Shown in pieces: positions 9,804-18,326 of a stretch of DNA of 62,085 nt. The stretch's first letter is position 1; the number at the start of each line of letters is the position of its first letter. The position numbers and the translations under genes were made by a program. Below the pieces are notes generated by a model. It was not told the DNA's origin. It searched no databases and saw only the letters and a list, made by a program, of their open reading frames with translations. Source of the DNA: an uncultured Clostridia bacterium (GTDB lineage: Bacteria > Bacillota > Clostridia > Oscillospirales > Oscillospiraceae); the NCBI GenBank assembly GCA_946186225.1, contig CAMHMK010000001.1:1-62085 (forward strand), read 5' to 3'.

Positions 9804-9812
9804 AGTATAGCA
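9804..9812 (-). promoter_or_regulatory. Possible extended -10 promoter (TGCTATACT) for the folD-like/lspA transcription unit
   Basis: The minus strand reads TGC-TATACT just downstream of the glyA terminator. The -35 is poor (TGGCTT). Confidence 0.35.
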
Positions 9813-9817
9813 CATCC

Positions 9818-9876
9818 GAAAAAGAAAAGCCACAGGTTTTTTCGGAAACCCTGGGATTTTCGAAAAAACCTGCGGC
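9818..9876 (-). terminator. Rho-independent terminator of glyA
   Basis: A 16-bp stem GCCGCAGGTTTTTTCG / CGAAAAAACCTGTGGC followed by TTTTCTTTTT on the minus strand, 12 nt after the glyA stop. Confidence 0.8.
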
Positions 9877-9888
9877 TCTGGGTTCAGC

Positions 9889-11136
9889 TTAGCGGTAGAT
9901 GGGGTACTTCTCGGTCAGCTTGATGACCTCGGCGCGGATGTAGTCCTTCTGGTTTTCGAAGTCGCGGATGGCCAGGTCGATGAGCTCGGCCAGCTTCTCC
10001 ATGTCTGCTTCCTTCAGGCCGCGGGTGGTCACGGCGGGGGTGCCGATGCGGATGCCGGAGGTGACGAACGGGCTTCTGGGCTCGCCGGGAACCGTGTTCT
10101 TGTTGACAGTGATGTAGACCTCATCCAGACGGTTCTGCAGCTCCTTGCCGGTGACATCAAGACCGATCAGGTCGAGGAGCATCAGGTGGTTGTCGGTGCC
10201 GCCGGAGACGATCTTCTGGCCGCGGGCCATCAGCGCGTTGGCCAGGGCCTTGGCGTTGCGGACGACCTGCTCCTGATAGGCCTTGAACTCGGGCTTGAGG
10301 GCTTCGCCGAAGGCGACAGCCTTGGCGGCGATGACGTGCATCAGAGGGCCGCCCTGGATGCCGGGGAAGATGGCCTTGTTGAAGTTGAACTTATCGACAG
10401 CCGCCTGGTTGGCAAGGATCAGGCCGCCGCGGGGACCGCGCAGGGTCTTGTGGGTGGTGGTGGTGACAACGTCGGCATAGGGGAAGGGGCTGGGATGCAC
10501 ACCGGCGGCAACCAGACCGGCGATGTGGGCCATGTCGACCATCAGGACAGCGCCGACCTCGTCCGCGATCTCACGGAACTTGGGGAAGTCGATGGTGCGG
10601 CAGTAGGCGGAGGCGCCGGCCACGATCAGCTTGGGATGATGCTCGTGAGCCTTGGCACGGACGTCGTCATAGTCGATGATGCCGTTGGCGTCAACGCCGT
10701 AGGAAACGCAGTGGAAGTACTTGCCGGACATGTTCACGGGGCTGCCGTGGGTCAGGTGACCGCCGTTGGAGAGGTCCATGCCCATGAAGGTGTCGCCGGG
10801 ATTCAGAACGGCAAAGAAGACAGCCATGTTGGCCTGCGCGCCGGAGTGGGGCTGGACGTTGGCATAGTCGCAGCCGAAGAGCTTCTTGGCACGCTCAATG
10901 GCGATGTTCTCCACCACGTCGACGCACTCGCAGCCGCCGTAGTAACGCTTGCCGGGATAGCCTTCGGCGTACTTGTTGGTCAGGACGCTGCCCATGGCCA
11001 TCATGACTTCCTCAGAGACGATGTTCTCGGAGGCGATCAGCTCGAGGTTTCTGCTCTGTCTGGCGAACTCCGCCTGCATGGCCTGGCCGACTTCCGGATC
11101 GTAGTTGGCAATTCTTTCCAGGGATTCTTTCAGCAT
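9889..11136 (-). CDS. glyA: Serine hydroxymethyltransferase
   Basis: Start MLKESLER (ATG 11136) after GGAGGAAAAACC. Motifs include [26 protein letters not shown] and [14 protein letters not shown] (PLP lysine). Confidence 0.97.
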   Translation of the reverse strand: MLKESLERIANYDPEVGQAMQAEFARQSRNLELIASENIVSEEVMMAMGSVLTNKYAEGYPGKRYYGGCECVDVVENIAIERAKKLFGCDYANVQPHSGAQANMAVFFAVLNPGDTFMGMDLSNGGHLTHGSPVNMSGKYFHCVSYGVDANGIIDYDDVRAKAHEHHPKLIVAGASAYCRTIDFPKFREIADEVGAVLMVDMAHIAGLVAAGVHPSPFPYADVVTTTTHKTLRGPRGGLILANQAAVDKFNFNKAIFPGIQGGPLMHVIAAKAVAFGEALKPEFKAYQEQVVRNAKALANALMARGQKIVSGGTDNHLMLLDLIGLDVTGKELQNRLDEVYITVNKNTVPGEPRSPFVTSGIRIGTPAVTTRGLKEADMEKLAELIDLAIRDFENQKDYIRAEVIKLTEKYPIYR

Positions 11137-11217
11137 GGTTTTTCCTCCAAATACTTTTTCAATAATATAATCAATTCTGTGAAAAACGCCCATATGCGTC
11201 TATGTTAAATGTATCAC

Positions 11218-11246
11218 AGCAGCCGAGGAAAGTCAACCCTTCATTC
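11218..11246 (-). promoter_or_regulatory. Sigma-70-type promoter of glyA
   Basis: The minus strand reads TTGACT (11246-11241), a 17-nt spacer, then TACATT (11223-11218). Confidence 0.6.
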
Positions 11247-11281
11247 ATCATTTATATACATTATATACATCAGCCCATGCC

Positions 11282-11357
11282 GTAGGGCGGCCTGACCCCA
11301 GGCCGCCGCGCTGTCTGCCGCCCGCTGGGACGGCGGCCAGAGGTCTGGCCGCCCTAC
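11282..11357. repeat. Two inverted copies of a ~22-nt GC palindrome (REP-like element), nested in a larger hairpin
   Basis: GGCGGCCTGACCCCAGGCCGCC (11286-11307) and GGCGGCCAGAGGTCTGGCCGCC (11332-11353). The outer arms GTAGGGCGGCC / GGCCGCCCTAC pair with each other. The element starts at the stop codon of the cyclo-ligase gene. Confidence 0.7.
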
Positions 11358-11950
11358 GCAGGAGGGAGGGCTGAACTGTTACGGTAAACGGCGGCTTCGG
11401 TGAAGACCTGCTCCACGGGCCGGTCCCAAGGGTCGACGGGGAGGGCGGGGACCTTCTGGGCCTCGAAGGCCACCAGAACGATGTTGGCCCGGGTGCATTT
11501 GGGGAGGTAGCGGTCGTAGTAGCCGCCGCCCATTCCCATGCGGTTGCAGGCGGGGTCAAAGCCCGTGCCGGGGCAGACCACCAGGTCGAGGTCCTCCGGG
11601 GCGATCTCCTCGGATCGCTCGCGCACCGGCTCGCGGATGCCGTAGGCACCGCTCTGCCAGGCGCCGGGGATCATGGCGATCATCTCGGTCCGACTGACGC
11701 AGAGGGGGTAGCAGAACCGCTTCCCGGCAGAGGCCGGATGGGTCAGCAGGGCGTCCAGGGAGAGCTCTCCGCCCACGTGGTCGTAAATCATCACGGTCCT
11801 GGCGGCGCGGAAGACCTCGCTGGCCGCCAGACGCTCCACGGCAAGGGCGGATTTTTCGGCCCGCTCCTCCGGCGTGAGGCTGTTGCGGGCCTTGATCAGC
11901 GACTTGCGCAGGGCCTTGCGTTCTTCGGTTCGGGTGAGATCGTTGGACAT
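11354..11950 (-). CDS. 5-formyltetrahydrofolate cyclo-ligase
   Basis: Start MSNDLTRTEE (ATG 11950) after GGAGGCGAAACC. Family motifs: REPV...DLVVCPGTGFD....RMGMGGGYYDRYL. Confidence 0.88.
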   Translation of the reverse strand: MSNDLTRTEERKALRKSLIKARNSLTPEERAEKSALAVERLAASEVFRAARTVMIYDHVGGELSLDALLTHPASAGKRFCYPLCVSRTEMIAMIPGAWQSGAYGIREPVRERSEEIAPEDLDLVVCPGTGFDPACNRMGMGGGYYDRYLPKCTRANIVLVAFEAQKVPALPVDPWDRPVEQVFTEAAVYRNSSALPPA

Positions 11951-12020
11951 GGTTTCGCCTCCGGACGTTTTTCGCATTTGCGGTTGATCGGGAAACATAC
12001 CGGCTCAGAATGGTCGGTTT

Positions 12021-12878
12021 CTATTTCTCAATTTGCCGCTTCGCGGCCTCCACGACATGCTTGCACAGGACGGCGGAGGTGACGCTGCCGACGCCGCCGG
12101 GGACGGGGGTCAGGGCGGCGGCGAGGGGCTCGGCCTCCTCGGCCTTGACGTCGCCGCAGAGCTTTTGCTTGGCCTCGTTCCAGCCGATGCCCACGTCGAT
12201 CACGATCTGGCCGGGACGGAGGTAGTTTGCGCCGACGCTCTCCATCTGACCGGAGGCCGCGACGACGATATCCGCCTCACGGGTGACGGCGGGGACATCC
12301 ACGGTCCGGGTATGGCAGACCGTGACCGTGGCGTTGGCGTGCATCAGCATCATGGCCACGGGGCGGCCGATCACCAGAGACCGTCCGATGACGGCGACCC
12401 GCTTGCCCTTGGGATCGACGCCGTAGTAGCGCAGCATCTCCATGGCAGCCTGGGCCGTACAGGGTGGGAAGCCGAGGGCGGTATTCGTGAACACGCCTGC
12501 CAGGGAGCCGTCGGTGCAGCCGTCCACGTCCTTTTCCGGGGCCAGCATGCGGCGGGCCTTTTCGCCGTCGAGCTGCTTCGGCAGCGGCCGGAACATCAGG
12601 ATGCCGTGGATCTCGGGGTCGGTGTTCAAGTCTTCGAGGGTGCGGAAGAAGGTATCGCTGTCCACGTCCGCGGGCAGGACCACATTCTTCACCCGGACGC
12701 CGACCTTTTCGCAGCGCTTCATGGCGCCGCGCTCATAGGCCAGGTCGTCGTCGCGCTCGCCCACGCGGAAGATCGCCAGCGTGGGCGTGACGCCCTTCGC
12801 GGTCAGCTCCGCCGCTTCGGCGGCGATGGTTTCACTCAAGGCTGCCGCGACCGGCGCGCCTTTCCAGATTTCTGCCAT
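12021..12878 (-). CDS. folD: Bifunctional methylene-THF dehydrogenase / methenyl-THF cyclohydrolase
   Basis: Start MAEIWKG (ATG 12878), 8 nt after GGAGG. Motifs include PEKDVDG, GRSLVIGRPVAMMLM and TPVPGGVGSVT. Confidence 0.96.
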   Translation of the reverse strand: MAEIWKGAPVAAALSETIAAEAAELTAKGVTPTLAIFRVGERDDDLAYERGAMKRCEKVGVRVKNVVLPADVDSDTFFRTLEDLNTDPEIHGILMFRPLPKQLDGEKARRMLAPEKDVDGCTDGSLAGVFTNTALGFPPCTAQAAMEMLRYYGVDPKGKRVAVIGRSLVIGRPVAMMLMHANATVTVCHTRTVDVPAVTREADIVVAASGQMESVGANYLRPGQIVIDVGIGWNEAKQKLCGDVKAEEAEPLAAALTPVPGGVGSVTSAVLCKHVVEAAKRQIEK

Positions 12879-12996
12879 GTTGAAAACCTCCAATGCAGGT
12901 GTGAATGGGGATGCTTCGTTTTGTGTTTGGGGCGCAGTCCGGCAATCGCCCCGCTGCCGCCTTTGACCGGGGTGCGCGGTCGTCGCAAGACGGGCA

Positions 12997-13019
12997 CGGC
13001 GGCCGGAGATCCGGCCGCC
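12997..13019. repeat. REP-like GC palindrome copy
   Basis: CGGCGGCCGGAGATCCGGCCGCC, same arms and loop core as the copies at 11332 and 29162. It lies between glyQS and folD. Confidence 0.65.
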
Positions 13020-13050
13020 CTGCGGGATGGTGATGGATCGGCAGGGGCGA

Positions 13051-14448
13051 TTATCCCAGGTGCTCGCGGAGCCAGGTCTTGAGCTCGGCGATGGGGACGC
13101 GAACCTGCTCCATGGTGTCGCGGTCGCGGATGGTGACGGCGTTGTCGGCGGGGGTCTTGTCGTCGCCGACGGTCTGGAAATCGATGGTCACGCAGTAGGG
13201 CGTGCCGATCTCATCCTCGCGGCGGTAGCGCTTGCCGATGGAGCCGGTGTCGTCATAGTCGCACATGAAGTCCTTCGACAGCTCGTCGCAGAGCGCCAGG
13301 GCGGGCTCGGCCAGCTTCTTGCTCAGGGGCAGGACGGCGACCTTGATCGGGGCGACGTCGGGATGCAGGTGCAGAACCACGCGGACGTCGTTCTTGGCCT
13401 CGTCCACGATCTCCTCGTCGTAGGCCTGGCAGAGCAGGGCCAGGACCGTGCGGTCGAGGCCGTAGGTGCTTTCGACGATGTAGGGGATGTAGCGCTCGTT
13501 CGTGTAGGGATCGAGGTAGTCCATCTTCTGGCCGCTGTACTCCTGGTGACGGCTCAGGTCGAAGTCGGTGCGGTCATGGGTGCCGTTGATCTCGCCCCAG
13601 CCGATGGAGGGGAAGAGGAATTCGATGTCGCAGGCGGCCTTGGCGTAGTGGGCCAGCTTCTCATGGTCGTGGAAGCGGAGGTTCTCGGCGGGCAGGCCCA
13701 GGTCCTCAAAGAACTGCTTGCCGAAGCTCTTGAAGTATTCGTAGAGCTCCAGATCGTCGCCGGGCTTGCAGAAGGTCTGATACTCCATCTGCTCGAACTC
13801 GATGGTGCGGAAGGTGAAGTTGCCCGGGGTGATCTCGTTGCGGAAGGCCTTGCCGATCTGGCCGATGGAGAAGGGCAGCTTGGCGCGCATCGAGCGCAGG
13901 ACGTTGGGGTAGTTGACGTACTCGCCCTGGGCGTTCTCGGGACGCAGATAGATGACGGACTTCGCGTCGTTGGTGACGCCGCGGTAGGTCTGGAACATCA
14001 GATTGAACTCGCGGATATCGGTAAAGTTGTGCTTGCCGCAGTTCGGGCAGGGGATGGAATGGGCCTTGATGAAGTCGAACATCTCGGCCTTGGTCATACC
14101 GTCGGCGTGGGCTTCGGGGTCAAAGGCCTCGATCAGATTGTCGGCGCGGAAGCGCATCTTGCACTCGCGGCAGTCGAGCATCGGGTCGGAGAAGCTGGAA
14201 ACGTGGCCGCTGGCCTCCCAGACACGGGGGTTCATCAGGATGTCGGCGTCCACCTCGAAGGAGTTGCGGCGCTCCTGGATGAAGCGCTTGCGCCAGGCGT
14301 CCTTGACGTTGTTCTTCAGGCGGGTGCCGAGGGGACCGTAGTCCCAGGTGTTGGCCAGGCCGCCGTAGATCTCGGAGCCGGCGAAGATAAAGCCGCGGTT
14401 TTTGCAGAGGGCGATGATCTTGTCCATCGTTTTTTCGGTATTGTTCAT
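13051..14448 (-). CDS. glyQS: Glycyl-tRNA synthetase (dimeric class II GlyQS type)
   Basis: Start MNNTEKTMDKIIALCKNRGFIFAGSEIYGG (ATG 14448), 8 nt after GGAGG. The whole length is typical of GlyRS. Confidence 0.96.
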   Translation of the reverse strand: MNNTEKTMDKIIALCKNRGFIFAGSEIYGGLANTWDYGPLGTRLKNNVKDAWRKRFIQERRNSFEVDADILMNPRVWEASGHVSSFSDPMLDCRECKMRFRADNLIEAFDPEAHADGMTKAEMFDFIKAHSIPCPNCGKHNFTDIREFNLMFQTYRGVTNDAKSVIYLRPENAQGEYVNYPNVLRSMRAKLPFSIGQIGKAFRNEITPGNFTFRTIEFEQMEYQTFCKPGDDLELYEYFKSFGKQFFEDLGLPAENLRFHDHEKLAHYAKAACDIEFLFPSIGWGEINGTHDRTDFDLSRHQEYSGQKMDYLDPYTNERYIPYIVESTYGLDRTVLALLCQAYDEEIVDEAKNDVRVVLHLHPDVAPIKVAVLPLSKKLAEPALALCDELSKDFMCDYDDTGSIGKRYRREDEIGTPYCVTIDFQTVGDDKTPADNAVTIRDRDTMEQVRVPIAELKTWLREHLG

Positions 14449-14492
14449 GGGGATAGCCTCCATTATTTGGAATCATAGTCTGTACCAGCGTT

Positions 14493-14520
14493 ATTATAGC
14501 GGATTTTCAGAGGATGTCAA
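14493..14520 (-). promoter_or_regulatory. Sigma-70-type promoter of glyQS
   Basis: The minus strand reads TTGACA (14520-14515), a 16-nt spacer, then TATAAT (14498-14493). This leaves only a ~40-nt leader. Confidence 0.65.
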
Positions 14521-14590
14521 GCCGAGAACCGCCTTTTTGCGGCCCCGGCGCTGAAACAATTCCATTCTTGCGCGCGGTGAAAAATAAGGG

Positions 14591-14619
14591 TGGAAATTTC
14601 GCGGAATATCGGGTATAAT
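14591..14619 (+). promoter_or_regulatory. Candidate promoter of the sufC-like operon
   Basis: TGGAAA, a 17-nt spacer, then TATAAT (14614-14619), divergent from the glyQS promoter. Confidence 0.5.
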
Positions 14620-14662
14620 GAGGGGTAGACACGCAAAAAACAACACAGCGAGGAAAATATCT

Positions 14663-15406
14663 ATGCTTGAACTTCAACATCTCTCCTTTGAGGTCGCGGA
14701 CGAGCACGGCGGCAAGGGCATTGTGAAGGACGTCAGTCTCACGATCCCGGACCGGGAGCTGGTCGTCATCACCGGCCCCAACGGCGGCGGCAAGTCCACT
14801 CTGGCCCGGCTGATCGCAGGCGTCGAGACTCCAACCGCCGGCAGAATCATCTTTGACGGAATCGACGTCACAGACCTTTCCATCACCGAGCGGGCCAAAC
14901 GCGGCATCGCCTTCGCCTTCCAGCAGCCGGTCCGCTTCAAGGGTCTGCAGGTCCTGGATCTGCTCCGGATCGCCGCGGGCAAGCGGCTCGGCGTGGGCGA
15001 GGCCTGCGAATATCTCTCCGCCGTGGGCCTGTGCGCGAAGGATTATATCGACCGCGAGGTCAACGCCAGCCTCTCCGGCGGCGAGCTCAAGCGCATCGAG
15101 ATTGCCACCGTCCTGGCCCGGTCGGCGCGGCTGTCCATCTTTGACGAACCCGAGGCCGGCATCGACCTTTGGAGCTTCTCGAATCTGATCACGGTCTTTG
15201 AGAACATGCGCCGCCACATCCGCGACAGCTCCATCATGATCATCTCCCACCAGGAGCGCATCCTGAGCGTGGCCGACCGGATCGTCGTGATCCGGGAGGG
15301 CCGGGTCGCGGCCCAGGGCCCGCGGGAAGAGATCCTGCCCACACTGATCGGCACCACCTCCGCGGTGGCAGCCTGCCGCCAGCTCACGAAGGAGGACCGG
15401 GAATGA
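14663..15406 (+). CDS. sufC: SufC-like ABC ATPase (Fe-S cluster assembly)
   Basis: Start MLELQHLSF (ATG 14663). Walker A GPNGGGKST, signature LSGGELKR, Walker B LSIFDEPEAGID. Confidence 0.85.
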   Translation: MLELQHLSFEVADEHGGKGIVKDVSLTIPDRELVVITGPNGGGKSTLARLIAGVETPTAGRIIFDGIDVTDLSITERAKRGIAFAFQQPVRFKGLQVLDLLRIAAGKRLGVGEACEYLSAVGLCAKDYIDREVNASLSGGELKRIEIATVLARSARLSIFDEPEAGIDLWSFSNLITVFENMRRHIRDSSIMIISHQERILSVADRIVVIREGRVAAQGPREEILPTLIGTTSAVAACRQLTKEDRE

Positions 15407-16329
15407 AACAGCTCAACGAGATCCAGCTCCGGCTGCTGCAGGAGGTGGCGGACCTCCACGGCGTCCCCGAGGGGGCTTACAACATCCGCTCCAACGGCGA
15501 GGCCGCCGGACGGCAGAGCACGGCCAACATCGAGATCGTCCCCAAGACGGACAAGCCCGGCATCGAGGTCCACATCCGGCCCGGCACGAAGAATGAGAGC
15601 GTCCACATCCCCGTGGTCCTGACCGAGACCGGTCTGAAGGAGACCGTCTACAACGACTTCTACGTGGGCCGCGACGCCGACGTGGTGATCGTGGCGGGCT
15701 GCGGCATCGACAACTGCGGCAACCAGGACGCCCAGCACGACGGCATCCACACCTTCTATCTGGAGCCCGGAGCCCACGTGAAATACGTGGAGAAGCACTA
15801 TGGCTCCGGCTCCGGTGCAGGCAAGCGCATCCTGAACCCCGTGACCGAGGTCCATATGGACGAGAACAGCTCCATGGAGATGGAGATGGTCCAGATCAAG
15901 GGCGTGGACGACACCGAGCGGACCACCAACGCCGCGCTCAAGGCCGGAGCCCGTCTGGTGGTGCGCGAGCGGCTGATGACCCACGAGCAGCAGCGGGCGA
16001 TTTCCGTCTATGCGGTGGAGCTCAACGGGGCTGGCTCGAGCGCGGACGTGGTCTCCCGCTCCGTGGCGCGGGACGACTCCTATCAGAAGTTCGACGCGAA
16101 GATCCTGGGCAACGCCCCCTGCCAGGGCCACACCGAATGCGACTCCATCATCATGGACCGGGGCCGCATCCTGGCCGTGCCGGGGCTGGAGGCCAACGAC
16201 GTGGACGCCTCCCTGGTACACGAGGCCGCCATCGGCAAGATCGCCGGCGAGCAGCTGGTCAAGCTGATGACCCTGGGTCTGACCGAGCAGGAGGCCGAGG
16301 AACAGATCATCAACGGATTCCTGAAATAA
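15403..16329 (+). CDS. SufB/SufD-family Fe-S assembly scaffold protein (short form)
   Basis: 308 aa. The C-terminal ...SLVHEAAIGKIAGEQLVKLMTLGLTEQEAEEQIINGFL is typical of SufB/D. There is an ATGA overlap with sufC. Confidence 0.8.
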   Translation: MKQLNEIQLRLLQEVADLHGVPEGAYNIRSNGEAAGRQSTANIEIVPKTDKPGIEVHIRPGTKNESVHIPVVLTETGLKETVYNDFYVGRDADVVIVAGCGIDNCGNQDAQHDGIHTFYLEPGAHVKYVEKHYGSGSGAGKRILNPVTEVHMDENSSMEMEMVQIKGVDDTERTTNAALKAGARLVVRERLMTHEQQRAISVYAVELNGAGSSADVVSRSVARDDSYQKFDAKILGNAPCQGHTECDSIIMDRGRILAVPGLEANDVDASLVHEAAIGKIAGEQLVKLMTLGLTEQEAEEQIINGFLK

Positions 16330-16337
16330 GGCCTCAA

Positions 16338-16376
16338 GCCGCTTCGGTTCTCCCTGAACCGGGGCGGCTGCGTTTT
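16338..16376 (+). terminator. Terminator after the suf pair
   Basis: GCCGCTTCGGTTC-TCCCT-GAACCGGGGCGGC followed by TGCGTTTT. Confidence 0.55.
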
Positions 16377-16404
16377 GCGCCGGCAGGCCGCCGAAAACAG
16401 CGGC

Positions 16405-16433
16405 TTGACGCAGCGCGGTTTGCGGTGTAAAAT
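16405..16433 (+). promoter_or_regulatory. Sigma-70-type promoter of pepF
   Basis: TTGACG, a 17-nt spacer, then TAAAAT. Confidence 0.6.
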
Positions 16434-16496
16434 GGAGGACAGACCACCGGCGTTTGCGCCGCCAAAACACATTATTATATTAAGGAGGCTTGCAGC

Positions 16497-18308
16497 ATGG
16501 AGCTTGCACGCAGAAAGGACGTCCCCGAGGAGCTCAAGTGGGACCTGTCCCTGATCTACCCGACCGAGGCCGAGATGGAGGCCGACTTTGCCGAAGCGCA
16601 GAAGATCGCCGATCACCTGGAGGCCGAATACCCCGGCAAGCTGAACGACCCTGACCGCATCGTGGCCTGCCTGGACGAATACGAGCAGCTGCAGCGCAAG
16701 CTGTATCTGGTCGGTTCCTACTGCGAGCTGGCCGTTGAGGTCGACTACTACGACACCCCGAACCAGCAGCGCGCGGGCCGGATCTCCGCCATCGAGGCCC
16801 AGATCGCCAGCCGCCTGAGCTTCATCGAGAGCGAGATCCTGGAGCAGAGCGAGCAGACCCTCTCCGGCGCGATTGAAAAAGCCGTCGGCTGCAAGCACTA
16901 TCTGATGGACCTCCTCCGCAGGAAGCCGCACCAGCTCTCGGCGGAGGCGGAAAAGGTCCTTGCCGCCCTGCGCAAGACCTTCTCCACGCCCTATGAGGTC
17001 TACAACATGGCCAAGCTGGCCGACATGCAGTTCCCGTCCTTCACCGTGGAGGGCAAGGAGTATCCCCTGGGCTATTCCCTGTTTGAGGACGACTATGAAT
17101 ACGAGCGCGACACCAAGGTCCGCCGCGCGGCCTTTGACGCCTTCTCCGCCAAGCTGCGCCAGTATGAGAACGTGACCGCCACGGCCTACAACGCCCAGGT
17201 CAGCCAGGACAAGACCCTGGCCACCCTGCGCGGACACAAGTCCGTCTTTGACTATCTGCTCTTCGACCAGAAGGTCACGCGGGAGATGTACGACCGTCAG
17301 ATCGACGGCATCACCGAGCGCCTGGCGCCGCACATGCGCCGCTTCGCCCGCCTGCTGCAGAAGAAGTATGGTCTGGACGAGATGACCTTTGCCGACCTCA
17401 AGCTCTCCCTGGACCCCGACTACGACCCCCGCGTCACAATCGCAGAGGCGAAGGACTACGTCAAGAAGGGTCTGGCCGTGATGGGCGAGGACTACGTCTC
17501 GATGGTGGAGGAGGCCTTTGACAAGCGCTGGATCGACTTCGCCAAGAACCAGGGCAAGTCTACCGGCGGCTTCTGCGCCTCCCCCTACGGGCGGAACTCC
17601 TTCATCCTGCTGAGCTGGAACGACCGGATGTCCGACGTCTTCACGATCGCCCACGAGCTGGGCCACGCGGGCCACTTCCGCCACTGCAACAGCAAGCAGT
17701 CCCTCTTTGACACCAACGTTTCCACCTATCTGATCGAGGCCCCGTCCACGATGAACGAGCTGCTGCTGGCCCAGTATCTGCTCAAGACCAACGACGATCC
17801 GCGCTTCCGCCGCTGGGTCCTCTCCTCCATGATCTCCAACACCTACTACCACAACTTCGTGACCCATCTGCGGGAGGCCTGGTATCAGCGCGAGGTCTAC
17901 AAGATCATCGACGAGGGCGGCTCCGTCAACGCCGAGGTCCTTTCCGACATTTTCCGCAAGAACCTGGAGCTGTTCTGGGGCGAGGGCGTGAAGATCAACG
18001 ACGGCGCGGAGCTGACCTGGATGCGCCAGCCGCACTACTACATGGGTCTCTACTCCTACACCTACTCCGCCGGTCTGACCGTCGCCACCGAGGTTGCCCG
18101 CCGCATTCAGCGCGAGGGCGCGAGCGCCGTGGAGGATTGGAAGAAGGTCCTGGACGCCGGCTCGACCCTCGACCCCATCGGCCTGGCAAAGCTGGCCGGC
18201 GTGGACATCACCACCGACGCCCCGCTCAACGACACGATCGACTACATCGGCGCCATCATCGACGAGATCTGCAAGCTGACCAAGGAGATCGACGGCATCG
18301 AAGTGTAA
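16497..18308 (+). CDS. pepF: Oligoendopeptidase F (M3B metallopeptidase)
   Basis: 603 aa, HELGHAGH zinc motif, strong AAGGAGG RBS. Confidence 0.93.
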   Translation: MELARRKDVPEELKWDLSLIYPTEAEMEADFAEAQKIADHLEAEYPGKLNDPDRIVACLDEYEQLQRKLYLVGSYCELAVEVDYYDTPNQQRAGRISAIEAQIASRLSFIESEILEQSEQTLSGAIEKAVGCKHYLMDLLRRKPHQLSAEAEKVLAALRKTFSTPYEVYNMAKLADMQFPSFTVEGKEYPLGYSLFEDDYEYERDTKVRRAAFDAFSAKLRQYENVTATAYNAQVSQDKTLATLRGHKSVFDYLLFDQKVTREMYDRQIDGITERLAPHMRRFARLLQKKYGLDEMTFADLKLSLDPDYDPRVTIAEAKDYVKKGLAVMGEDYVSMVEEAFDKRWIDFAKNQGKSTGGFCASPYGRNSFILLSWNDRMSDVFTIAHELGHAGHFRHCNSKQSLFDTNVSTYLIEAPSTMNELLLAQYLLKTNDDPRFRRWVLSSMISNTYYHNFVTHLREAWYQREVYKIIDEGGSVNAEVLSDIFRKNLELFWGEGVKINDGAELTWMRQPHYYMGLYSYTYSAGLTVATEVARRIQREGASAVEDWKKVLDAGSTLDPIGLAKLAGVDITTDAPLNDTIDYIGAIIDEICKLTKEIDGIEV

Positions 18309-18326
18309 GCCGCAGCCGAACGGAAC

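Noticed and set aside
12879-13050. Possible THF riboswitch upstream of folD
   Set aside because: Only a vague ACGAAGCATCCCC resemblance. The conserved THF-I core elements and three-way junction are not recognisable. A covariance-model scan would be needed to revive this idea.
14449-14662. Expected T-box leader upstream of glyQS (and likewise upstream of trpS, 23574-23734)
   Set aside because: Good promoters lie only ~35-45 nt from the start codons. There is no specifier-loop/T-box (AGGGUGGNACCGCG-like) sequence and no terminator/antiterminator pair. The spacers are too short for a T-box.
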